Source of the DNA: Macrostomum lignano
Taxonomy: Eukaryota
Assembly (NCBI GenBank): GCA_002269645.1
Contig: NIVC01002404.1
Location: 1 to 64,000, forward strand
DNA: 64,000 nucleotides
Reading direction: 5' to 3'
Shown here: piece by piece, positions 1 to 10,600 of the stretch
How the letters are laid out: every line of letters starts with the position of its first letter
How positions within the stretch are numbered: the stretch's first letter is position 1
The notes under the pieces: model-generated
Told to the model about the DNA's origin: nothing
Seen by the model: only the letters and a program-made list of their open reading frames with translations
Database searches by the model: none
Made by a program: the position numbers and the translations under genes

Positions 1-100
1 AGACTTTGCCCAATTACTAGGCGCGTGGTCGGAATCTCGCAGCTCAAATGTTACGCCAATGCTGCAAGAGCCACTCTTGCTTAGCTTAACAGATTTTAAC

Positions 101-2805
101 CTTCACGTTGCAGTACACTCTGATGTCCTCATTCCGGATCTCACTGCCCGACTTCACCTGCTCCATGCATCGTAGAATTTTCAAAGCAGTCTGCTCGCAC
201 AGCCTGAAAACAAGGTGCGAAAAGTGGAAGTGGTGTTTTAGTAATTTTAACAGTAGGAATACCAAGCTATTTTTCTTCCCGTCCAACTACCATGCTCCTT
301 GACAATATTTTTGCTGAGCCGGAACACACGAAAGGCACTCGAAATTCAAGAAAACTGGCTAAATATATGTTGCACACCTTCTCAAACTAGAATCAAGTCG
401 CCAGCTCTCTGCATCGTCGAGATATTCAACGATTCTGCCAAAATGTCGGATTTTTCGTGAACGTCGACCTTGTGTCTGCATCAGCTGACTTAGTTGGTCA
501 GTGGCCACAGTCATTCACCCAGACGGAGTTTCTGGACCATCAACAGTTGGCAGCAGGTGACTATGGACACCATATTTCAAATTTCTGTGATGTCTCTGAT
601 CAAGCCTCGACTGCTAGGTATCCTCAATTAGTCTCTCAGACATTCAGTCGTCATCCAGATGCCAATAACCAACGAAGTCAGAGCTGATGCAGACACATGC
701 TGTCGACGCGGTGTTGAATTAGGGGGTCCATGAGAATTGCCCACCGAGGTTTGCATTTCGCCACGCGGCAGATTCTGTCTGCATCCCCCCCCCAATGTTT
801 AGTAATTCTTAATAAAGAGATTTACCCGATGAAAACGTTTAGATAGCAACTGCATATCAAATTCATGTTTTTCTTGTAAGTACTCGTATTCAGTTCTATA
901 CATATACAGAACTGTACATCTGTGAGCTATTGGTTCATGCATATGCCATGTCACTTCCCCCCCCCAAATCTCTTTATTAAGACTTACGCGGTACTAAGAA
1001 TTGGGGGGGGGGGAGGCAATGCAGAAAAAATCTGCCGCATGGCAAAATGCACTGTAGAAAAAAAGCATTGCGAGCAAACCTCGGTGAGCAATTCACTCGC
1101 GGGCAAAGTGCACTTGCGGGCAAAGTGCACTTGCGGGAAAATTGCACTGCGGGCAATTCGGTCACGGGCAAAATGCACTTCGGCCAAATCTCAACGGTAG
1201 AAGCTCGGCAGGCAAATCTCGAAGGCCGCACCGAGGCGCCGTGCTAGAATACACTAGCGCTTATCGGAAAAATTCGACTTTCGGGCAGAATCGTTGAATA
1301 TCTCGACGGTGCAGATACTTGATTGTTGTTTGAGACGGTGCGCAACAATTATTTAGCCTGTGTCCTTGAATTTCGTAGTTCTACTGTTAATCAGTCAGAT
1401 CAAGGCTCCGACCTAATAGTGTGACACTACTTCGCAAATACTAATCTCAATACATTAAAAATCCCAGAACTCAACGTGGAATTCAAGCCTACAGATAGGT
1501 CCCGATTCCGAAATCGCAGAGTTTAAACAGCTGAACCAGGTGTCGCAGCGTTCACCGCTGAGCTGCTCTGGTCCAATTACAGAGCTTTTTAAAGACCTAC
1601 GTATCCAGCTTCTCAAGTCTCAGAAATTGGTCTTAAATAGCTCATAAAAGATTGTCAAGATCTCAAGAACCCTGATCCCACAATGTCTGAATCCACAAAA
1701 ACCTACCTGAACATAGTCTCGAAGTAGTCCTCCACGGACTGGTACGGTCCTTGGATCCTCGCAGGTTGCAGACCGGTCAGCATGGACTTCCTGCCCGCCG
1801 ACACCTCCTCGCTGGTGGGCGCGATGCTGATGGACCTCCGGCCACCAGGTCGGAGCTCTGCCACGCCGTCAACAAATCCAACAACAGGCTGTTGCTAGGC
1901 GCAGTGGCTCCTTTTAGTAACGGCAGCAGGCGAGCCAAACAGCCGGGGTCCTGGGCAAGGAGGCTTCGAGCAAATTCGACTACGATTCGGCGATGAGACA
2001 TCGGAGCGTCTGGAGACTGGGCTGCATCGGCTGCCACCAGCGGCAACAGCAGGCGAGACAATGCCTTCTGCAAAGTAGTACAAAGTAGTAGCTATTGTTT
2101 AGAGGGGCAGGAGAGGCCTGAGAGACCTATGATAGGGGGTAGCAGTCGGTCAGAACCGGAACATGAAACATGAGGGTCCATGAAAGGGCCGCGTGGACAG
2201 CCAAGATCCCAAAGGACGAGTCAGAGAAGTCACAGTGAAAAAGCTTTTCAGTTAGTCGGGTCGCTCACCTGTGAACTAGCCAGTTCAATAACAATTTGAA
2301 GGTTCTCGCGCTTCCGACTTGACAGCAGGCGAGTCAGCCGGGTCAGCAGGCGACAGACGGCGCCACTCAGCTGGCTGTCGTTGAAGTCACCTAGGAGCAG
2401 AGCGGGCCAGACCACGTTTGGCTCGCCCAGTTCGGCCAGCAGGTGGCCGCTGGCGCCGCGCGGCGAATTCTCGGCAATATTAAGTAGCCGCCGAGCAAAG
2501 CTAAGCCACTCCGCGGAGTCCCTGCTGGTCAGGCTAAGCAGCTTACAATTAGCCAAGTTAGTGGCAGTTGAATTGTAGAAACTGGCCGTTAAGCGGATCC
2601 TATCGGATGCTTTCGGCGTCAGGGCGCCGTAGGTGGCCGCAATGTCGTCTTGCTGCAATGTTAGCTGGTAGCCACGCCTGTGCTCCGGCATGGAGACCAT
2701 GAATGTTAAGCCGCACTCAGGCGTATACTGCTCAACAACGGCCTCGAGTTGCTCGTCCGGAAGAACGTCGTTAGCGGATAGATAGCGGCGCTCGCCTGTG
2801 GACAT
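101..2805 (-). CDS. ZNFX1: ZNFX1-like (NFX1-type zinc finger / UPF1-like SF1 helicase) 5' portion; exons 2805-2269, 2067-1707 and 203-~101; continues off the left end; apparent 1-nt frameshift near 1835-1895
   Basis: GT-AG junctions are phase-consistent (CAG|GTGAGC at 2269; TTTGCAG|AAG at 2067; TTCAG|GTAGGT at 1707; TTTTCAG|G at 203). The joined peptide RSISIAPTSEEV...LQPARIQGPYQSVEDYFETMFRLCEQ...EDIRVYCNV resembles the ZNFX1-family pattern FR.LSI.PT..E...LRPN.V.G.Y..V..YL...FRLLRED...DIRVY. Recognised from memory of the family. Confidence 0.6.
392..1324. mobile_element. Nested inverted-repeat (MITE/foldback-like) element in the ZNFX1-like intron
   Basis: Outer IR: ~407-458 (CGTCGAGATATTCAACGATTCTGCC) versus ~1264-1317 (GGCAGAATCGTTGAATATCTCGACG). 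Inner IR: ~752-823 versus ~966-1051. Confidence 0.65.
1085..1200. repeat. Degenerate ~17-bp tandem repeat (GCGGGCAAAGTGCACTT)
   Basis: Two exact and several diverged copies are visible. Confidence 0.7.
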
Positions 2806-3452
2806 CTTTGGTGGTGGAGGCGCTCGCGGGCCGCGCCCGCTCGGCCTCGGCGGACTACGGCGTCGTTTGCGGCTCTGAGGACGAAAAGAACCCCCAACGA
2901 GGTAAACAGCTTAGCAACACAGACTGCAACTAACGTCTCATCTGGTAGCGAAACAATTTTCTACGTTTGCGTGTACACATTTACGTGTATAGGAACTGAA
3001 CAGGTGCTAGATAGGTTAGAAGAACTCACAGATTTTCAAATCCTATTTATCTCACACGACACGAGTATCGTGCTTACCAGCGTATAATGCTACTGAATTA
3101 CATGTACTTAAGAATTTCTAGGAACTAGGAACTAGGAGCCAGCTGGCTTGGTATAGAAGTCTAAGACAAGCATAAAAAAGCTTCCCGGATATCCACGGGT
3201 GGTGTAAGCCCCCTATGCTTATGCACAGGATATTCTACTTCTCTTTTAGCCAAGACGAAAGTATTTCAATTTTGTAATTTTAAAACTGAAATTGTGTTAT
3301 GCTAAGAAAAGTAACAGTAAGTGCATTGTATTACATTTATAAAACTTACCATGATGGTAATAGTAAAAAAACGACGCCAGTCCAATCAAGTCAAGTTAAT
3401 CAGATTTCAATGATTTCGATCCTAATCAAACTGCCTATTTTTTGTGCCCCAG

Positions 3453-3624
3453 CTCTGCGTATAAAATCTTGTCGGCGAAACTGTCTGACCGCGAGGCGGC
3501 CGCTAAACTGGAGGCCAGCAGGTCTGCAGCGCCGATAATTGGGCTGTTAATTTGTTCCTTCGTCTGGCTGTGGTTGGGGTCCCTTGTCTTCATTTTATTA
3601 GCATTTAAAGTTAAGGAGGGGTAG
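3453..3624 (+). CDS. Possible terminal exon of a small membrane protein with a C-terminal hydrophobic helix
   Basis: Acceptor-like TTTTTTGTGCCCCAG at 3452. Reading SAYKILSAKLSDREAAAKLEASRSAAPIIGLLICSFVWLWLGSLVFILLAFKVKEG*. Possible upstream donor GTAAGC at 3204 in the matching phase. No homology recognised. Confidence 0.25.
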
Positions 3625-4195
3625 GGGTTGGGAGAGACGACGGGTCTAGGTTGCCAGTTACGTACAAGTAAAATCAAGCCACTATCAGTGTACATCGATA
3701 AAGCCAATGTACATCTGGAGCAGTGGAGCACTGGGGAGGGGTATGCTGTGCATACCCAGTCAATTTCAGGCTTTCAGCTCGTCAGCAATGCAATAGAAAC
3801 GTAGTACTTTTAAAATAACAATTGTTTCATCCACGAATCGATTTTCCCAGACAGGAATTTTCCGCAGATTTGTACAAGACAAAAGGGAGTGGGGAGTTGC
3901 CTTGAAAATGAATACTAAATAATACAATAAAAGAAGACAGAGGTCAATGACTTTTTCTATTAGGGTCCCTGAGCTTGAGCTGAGCCTCGATACCAATCAA
4001 TATACCCAGGCCATAACATGTATAAGATGCATGTTACGCTCGTACATATGTACTGTAGTAGACAGAACATGCCCTTTAGATACAAAACAACACCCGACAA
4101 TCCAGATTGATATAAATAGCCCTAACTCCCAACACGAATCACAGTTACTGTGTAGTAATAACTATAGTACTATACAAGTCACAATGGCTCGCTGA

Positions 4196-6211
4196 TGGGC
4201 CAACTCAGCACATTGCATGTAAGCTATTTTCAGTTAAAAGAATGTTAATGTATTTTTAAATATAAGGCTCATTTATTGGCTCTTAACACCCTTAGCTTAA
4301 GCCTTGAGTAAACCCTCAAACTGGGCCTTTCCACACAGAATCTCTACCCCTCGCCCGTCGCCAATTTTTATTTGCTTTCTTCACTGTTCCAGCCTAAAAG
4401 CTGCTATATGTACATTTTAGTGACGCTGGCTAATGTACATTATGACAGAACCAATTAGCAAGTTGTTTACGTCTGCAAGCTTGGCTTCTAACTTAGCCAG
4501 CCTATCACTCATTTTAACTGTTTTATTTTTATATAGCTTGTAAAGTGTATTCTCTTTGCTACTGATCTGGAAGTCCAGTAGAAATCTGCTTTACTACCCA
4601 AGTGGCTCATTTAGTTAGTGACTAACTATCTACTCCGGTTTTCCACTACTACCAGATTACCAACAGACACTGACTTAATTAAGCACACAATAAATGAGGA
4701 AAACAATGCTTTCGTGGGTCGATGACTGAATGCTTGTCTAAACTTTCTAGGGAGGAAGCACTGAAGCAGCAAACTTGCAGCAAGTTGCAAGATACTCTAT
4801 CCAGCTGATATTTTGATCTAGGAATATAATAAAGAAAACATTCAAATCCTGTTAACTTTGCTGATAATTTCTCTGGAGACGTGCCTATTCAACTACAATA
4901 AATGTACGCAAATAAGTTAAAATAATCAGTTTTAATAACCAAGTGAATTGTTTATTTGCTGATTATATTGTCGCTCGCTTTTGTTACTTTATCCACAAGT
5001 GTAATACAATAGTAAAACTTGTACGCAAAAAGGAGCAATTGTGTTTTTTTTCTTGAAAACTAAAACTCCGCGTTCGGGACAATGAGACGCAGCATGCCTA
5101 CAATTGGCAGACTGCATCCGAAACAAGCAGCAGGCAACAACAGCAAGCATTTAGCAACGAATCTAACAAAGAGAAAAAAAAACTGTTTTGCCGACAATAC
5201 CCCCCAAATAATCGATAAATTGGTGCATATTGTGTGCAATCAGCTAACAGAAATTATATTAATTAAAACTCATCACTTTAGAGCAGGGGCCGCACAGAGA
5301 ATAATTCTTTTTTTCTTGAATCCAATTCAGTCAGGCGGCAATAATATGCAGTACGAAATGTACTTTAAATATGCACGGTTTGTACTTCGATGCAAACTGT
5401 CGCACGATAAAATGACAACAGGGGGGACAATGACGCGCGAGCGTGGAATGTGGCGCGCTCGCGCGCGCGCTACAGACAACGATAGATGGAAATATGATCA
5501 ATTTAGAAAAATTGAATAGTAAAAAATAAAGTGAATCTTAACATAAATTCGCATCAGACCCCGAACTTTCATGAGCATATTTATACAATTTATTATTTAA
5601 TAAAGAAACGCAAGCCTGAGTTACATAGGCGTACAACAAACATTTATAAGTTTAATATGCTTCGTATGGGCACAATAGAAGCGAAGCGAACTATTTTGAT
5701 GAAATCGCGCCCAGCTATAAGCTACTTACAGTAGGCCCGATGAAAATGTTGCCTAGACAAGGAAGTGTCGCAGAGTCACTTAACGTCACCTCTAGCACAG
5801 ATGAAATTGAAAAGAAGTGATTCTAGACGACGCTAAAACGACGAGATGTCACGGTACAAGTCGTCTGCGGCCGTAGAGTCGTATCTCTTAACATATACTT
5901 AGCAAAACAGGTTTCTACTTTCAGTTCAGTAGCAAAGAAGGATATATAAGCTATTTTATAAAAATAAAGACAGCTAAAATGACTTTGATAAGCTTAGAAG
6001 CCCAAGCTTGTAAATTGGTAGATCTAGGTTGCAACAACAAGCAAGGAAGTTAATAAAAATTGGGTGACGTGGCAGGAGAGAGGTTCCGTGTAGAATTTGA
6101 GGGTTTAAGCTTCGGGGGAAGGGGGGTAAGAGCCAAAAATACATTAACATTCTTTAGTTTAACTTACTACTGAACTGAAAGTAGCTTGCACGCAAATGTG
6201 CTGAGTGGCCC
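4196..6211. mobile_element. ~2-kb element bounded by long diverged inverted repeats (non-autonomous DNA transposon-like)
   Basis: 4196-4385 (TGGGCCAACTCAGCACATTGCATGTAAGCTA...AAAGAATGTTAATGTATTTTT...TAAACCCTCAAA) is the reverse complement of ~6040-6211. A further IR pair lies at 4474-4497 and 5987-6010. Confidence 0.55.
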
Positions 6212-6814
6212 AACAAGTTATTCTAGTATCTGTAGTTACTAGGAGTTGTTTGCAATGACTCTTTTAGCGATTCTTGTCACGGTAACTTTTTCAACGGGAA
6301 GACAATGTGCTCGACCAAGCGCATGCAACAATGTTTTCCTAATAATAGAAATGAATTCACATCTAGACAGTTGAATACAAAACATGAGGCTATGGATTGG
6401 TGCGCGAGAGAAGTGACATTGTTGACAGACGAGAACAGCTAGTAAACAAGTAATAATTGCATTCAATAATTGTTTTCAATTAATTAGTTAAACAAACAAT
6501 AAATCAGTCAATTCAGATCAACTAGTACATTAAATAAAACACTTAAAAATAATAACACAATTTCAAATTTCGCTACTAGCTGGGGAATTAGTCAAAAAAA
6601 GTTTTGCTTTCGGTGGTACAAAATAGACAGAAATTAAGATAAGAACAGACAAGTCAGGCTGTGATGATACCGTGCCGGTTCCGCTATATTTGCACAGTAA
6701 TGTGTCGTTATCCGGCTCGTGCAGCTTAACCGGAAGTGACACCTACAAAATTCGATGCGAGGTGAAAACTTGCGGCTTGAGAATCTCAATGAGAATTATT
6801 TGTAAAATTATTTA

Positions 6815-9800
6815 TTAGCTCTTGTTTCTACCTGAGGCGCCGGCAACGCTCGGATTAGACTGCGGCAGGCCGCCTTGTGCTGACACCACCGGAACTGAAA
6901 TGCAGGGTTGGAAGCGGTTCTGATTTGCAGGAATAGCAGGGTTGGAAGCGGTTCTGAAATGCAGGGTTGGAAGCGGTTCTGATTTGCAGGGTTGGAAGCG
7001 GTTCTGATTTGCAGGGTTGGAAGCGGTTCTGATTTGCAGGGTTGGAAGCGGTTCTGATTTGCAGGGTTGGAAGCGGTTCTGATATGCAGGGTTGGAAGCG
7101 GTTCTGATTTGCAGGGTTGGAAGCGGTTCTGATTTGCAGGGTTGGAAGCGGTTCTGATTTGCAGGGTTGGAAGCGGTTCTGATTTGCACGGTTGGAAGCG
7201 GTTCTGATTTGCAGGGTTGGAAGCGGTTCTGATTTGCAGGGTTGGAAGCGGTTCTGATTTGCAGGGTTGGAAGCGGTTCTGATTTGCAGGGTTGGAAGCG
7301 GTTCTGATTTGCAGGGTTGGAAGCGGTTCTGATTTGCAGGGTTGGAAGCGGTTCTGATTTGCAGGGTTGGAAGCGGTTCTGATTTGCAGGGTTGGAAGCA
7401 GTCAGAGCAGTACTCAGCAACCCACCAAAGTAAGGGTGGTCCATGGCCTCCTTGGCTGTTAGTCGGTCATTGTGATCGTAGCGCAGCAGCCGGTCAAGGA
7501 AGTCCAGCGCCTCCGGACTGACCAGATACTGATTGCCGCTGTGCACAAATCTTTCCCAACGCTTGCGACTGTGCTTAGCCAGGATGTCGTTGAATCTCGG
7601 GTCCAGCACAATCTGGTACTTGTTAATGTAGGCGTACAGATCGTCAGTGCCCAGCACTTTGGCGATGCGGACAAGCTGATCGTAGTTGTCCTGACCGTGG
7701 AAGAACGGCTCTTTCTTGAAGATCATTGAGGCGAACATGCAGCCGAGGCTCCACATGTCCAGTGAGTAGTCGTACATCTGGAGGGGCGGCGCGAGGAGGC
7801 GGAACTTTACAATTAGGTGAGAAGCGACAATATGGCAATGGTTAAAACATGGAAGCGGTTCTATGAAGGGTGGAAGAAATTCTATGGGAGGGAGTAAGTA
7901 GAATCGGGTTTGGAACATGAAAGCGGTTTTTATGAAGGGTTGGAACATGGAAACGGTTCTTATGAAGGGTTGGAACATGGAAACGGTTTTTATGAAGGGT
8001 TGGAACATGGAAACGGTTTTTATGAAGGGTTGGAACATGGAAACGGTTTTTATGAAGGGTTGGAACATGGAAACGGTTTTTATGAAGGGTTGGAACATGG
8101 AAACGGTTCTTTGAAGGGTTGGAACATGGAAACGGATTTTATGAAGGGTTGGAACATGGAAACGGTTCTTTGAAGGGTTGGAACATGGAAGCGGTTCTTA
8201 TGAAGGGTTAGAACATGGAAGCGGTTTTTATGAAGGGTTGGAACATGGAAACGGTTCTTATGAAGGGTTGGAACATGGAAACGGTTTTTATGAAGGGTTG
8301 GAACATGGAAACGGTTCTTTGAAGGGTTGGAACATGGAAACGGTTCTTTGAAGGGTTGGAACATGGAAACGGTTCTTTGAAGGGTTGGAACATGGAAACG
8401 GTTTTTATGAAGGGTTGGAACATGGAAACGGTTCTTATGAAGGGTTGGAACATGGAAGCGGTTCTTATGAAGGGTTGGAACATGGAAACGGTTCTTTGAA
8501 GGGTTGGAACATGGAAACGGTTCTTTGAAGGGTTGGAACATGGAAACGGTTTTTATGAAGGGTTGGAACATGGAAACGGTTCTTATGAAGGGTTGGAACA
8601 TGGAAGCGGTTCTTATGAAGGGTTGGAACATGGAAATGGTTCTTTGCAGGGTTGGAACATGGAAACGGTTCTTATGAAGGGTTGGAACATGGAAACGGTT
8701 TTTATGAAGGCTTGGAAGCGATTGTATAAAGGGTGAAAGCGTTTTTATGGAAAGATCTTCCGATTTTATACACGTGACAGTTAACCTTCTTTAAGATGGC
8801 GAGCTTTGCAAGATAATAAAATTAGGATATCCTGGCACAAACGCAATACAAACTGCACATTAGTCTGGGCCTACCTGATAATCAAGCAGCAGTTCGGGAC
8901 CTTTAAAGTAGCGGGACGCCACCCGTACGTTGTACTCTTGGCCTGCGTGGTAGAACTCGGCCAAGCCCCAGTCGATCAGGCGGAGCTGCGATTTGAGTTC
9001 ACACATTTTGGATATTCAGACTTTGAGATTGCTATTGGGACTTTGAGATTGCTACTGAGGTTTTGAGATAAGCATTGAGATTTCGATGTTTTTATTTTGA
9101 GATTTTGAGCTTCATGGTATGATTTTGAGATTGATGGTGAGATTTTGTGATTGATGCTGAAATTTTGAAATTGATGATGAAATTTTAAGATTGATGCTGA
9201 AATTTTTAAATTGATGGTGAGATTTTGAGATTGATTATGAGATTTTGAGATTGATTATGAGATTTTGAGGCTGAAGCTGAGATGTTGAGATTGATGTTGA
9301 AATTTTAAGATTGATTTTGAGTGATGGTGAGATTTTGATATTGCTAGAGATTTTGAGATTGATGCTGAAATTTTTTAATTGATGGTGAGGTTTTGAGATT
9401 GATTATGAGATTTTGAGGTTGAAGCTGAGATTTTGAGATTGATGTTGAAGTTTTTAAATTGATGGTGAGATTTTGAGATTGATTATGAGATTTTGAGATT
9501 GAAACTGAGATTTTGAGATTGATGGTGCGATTTTGAGTGATGGTGAGATTTTGATATCGCTATTGAGATTTTGAGATTGATGCTGAAATTTTAAATTGAT
9601 GGTGAGATTTTGAGATTGATTATGGGATTTTGAGATTGATTATGAGATTTTGAGGTTGAAGCTGAGATTTTGAGATTGATGTTGAAGTTTTTAAATTGAT
9701 GGTGAGATTTTGAGATTGATTATGGGATTTTGAGATTGATTATGAGATTTTGAGGTTGAAGCTGAGATTTTGAGATTGATGTTGAAGTTTTTAAATTGAT

Positions 9801-10600
9801 GGTGAGATTTTGAGATTGATTATGAGATTTTGAGGCTGAAGCTGAGATTTTGAGATTGATGTTGAAATTTTAAGATTGATGGTGCGATTTTGAGTGATGG
9901 TGAGATTTTGATATTGCTATTGAGATTTTGAGATTGATGCTGAAATTTTAAAATTGATGATGAGATTTTGAGATTGATGCTGAGATTTTGAGATTGATAG
10001 TGACATTGAACCTGACGGTAAGATTTTGAACTTGGCTTCATGCTGTAAAGTAAAATTGCAGCTAAGCTAATTTAATGTCGCGCCCCTGTCAGGTACCTTT
10101 CTGTGCTCGTGATCGATCATAACATTGTGCGGCTTCACATCCCGATGCATGATGCCCATGCTGTGGCAATAATCTAATGCTTTCAACAGTTCGAACAGAT
10201 AGTACCGAATATCGTAGTCAACCAGAGTCTGGTAAAGCTGCTTGAAATCCGTGTTGTTAACGTGCTCAAATATCAGGGCTGGAGTGCGGGACACCGGGTC
10301 CTTCACGATGCCGTGCAAGCTGATGATATTTGTTCCGCCTTTCAAATTCTCCAATATTTTAATTTCCCGTTTAATCTTGCGCTTCTTAACCGGCTTCAGC
10401 ACTTTGATAACCACCTTCTCGTTGTTGGATATGTTAATACCCTCGAATACTTCCGAGTATTTGCCGCGGCCGAGTTTGCGCACAATCTGATAGTCGTCCT
10501 GGTTGCCCCACTCCACTACCAGGGCTTCGTAGTCCCAGTAGTCGCGCTCTCTAACGGCATTGGCGTCTGCGTAGACGCGAGCCTTGCTGGGCAGGGGCAT
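6815..10600 (-). CDS. CSNK2A1: Casein kinase II catalytic subunit alpha; exons 10600-10097, 8985-8875, 7777-7426, 6894-6815
   Basis: Hallmark motifs [69 protein letters not shown]. All junctions are GT-AG and phase-consistent. Confidence 0.97.
6900..7400. repeat. 25-bp minisatellite (GCAGGGTTGGAAGCGGTTCTGATTT) filling CK2a intron 3
   Basis: About 20 near-perfect tandem copies. Confidence 0.95.
7845..8720. repeat. 30-bp (and 29-bp variant) minisatellite (ATGAAGGGTTGGAACATGGAAACGGTTTTT) in CK2a intron 2
   Basis: Tandem copies; shares the AGGGTTGGAA...A(A/G)CGGTT core with the intron 3 repeat. Confidence 0.95.
9000..10010. repeat. Degenerate ~18-bp repeat (GAGATTTTGAGATTGAT..) in CK2a intron 1
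   Basis: Recurrent GATTTTGAGATTGA units across ~1 kb. Confidence 0.85.

Noticed and set aside
5082-5734. 145-aa and 67-aa plus-strand ORFs inside the inverted-repeat element
   Set aside because: AT-rich, with no transposase or other motif recognised.
6900-8720. AGGGTT-containing repeats as telomeric DNA
   Set aside because: The units are 25-30 bp and contain no tandem TTAGGG.
7910-8736. Repetitive ORFs ([29 protein letters not shown])
   Set aside because: Translations of the intron 2 minisatellite; CK2a splices cleanly around it.
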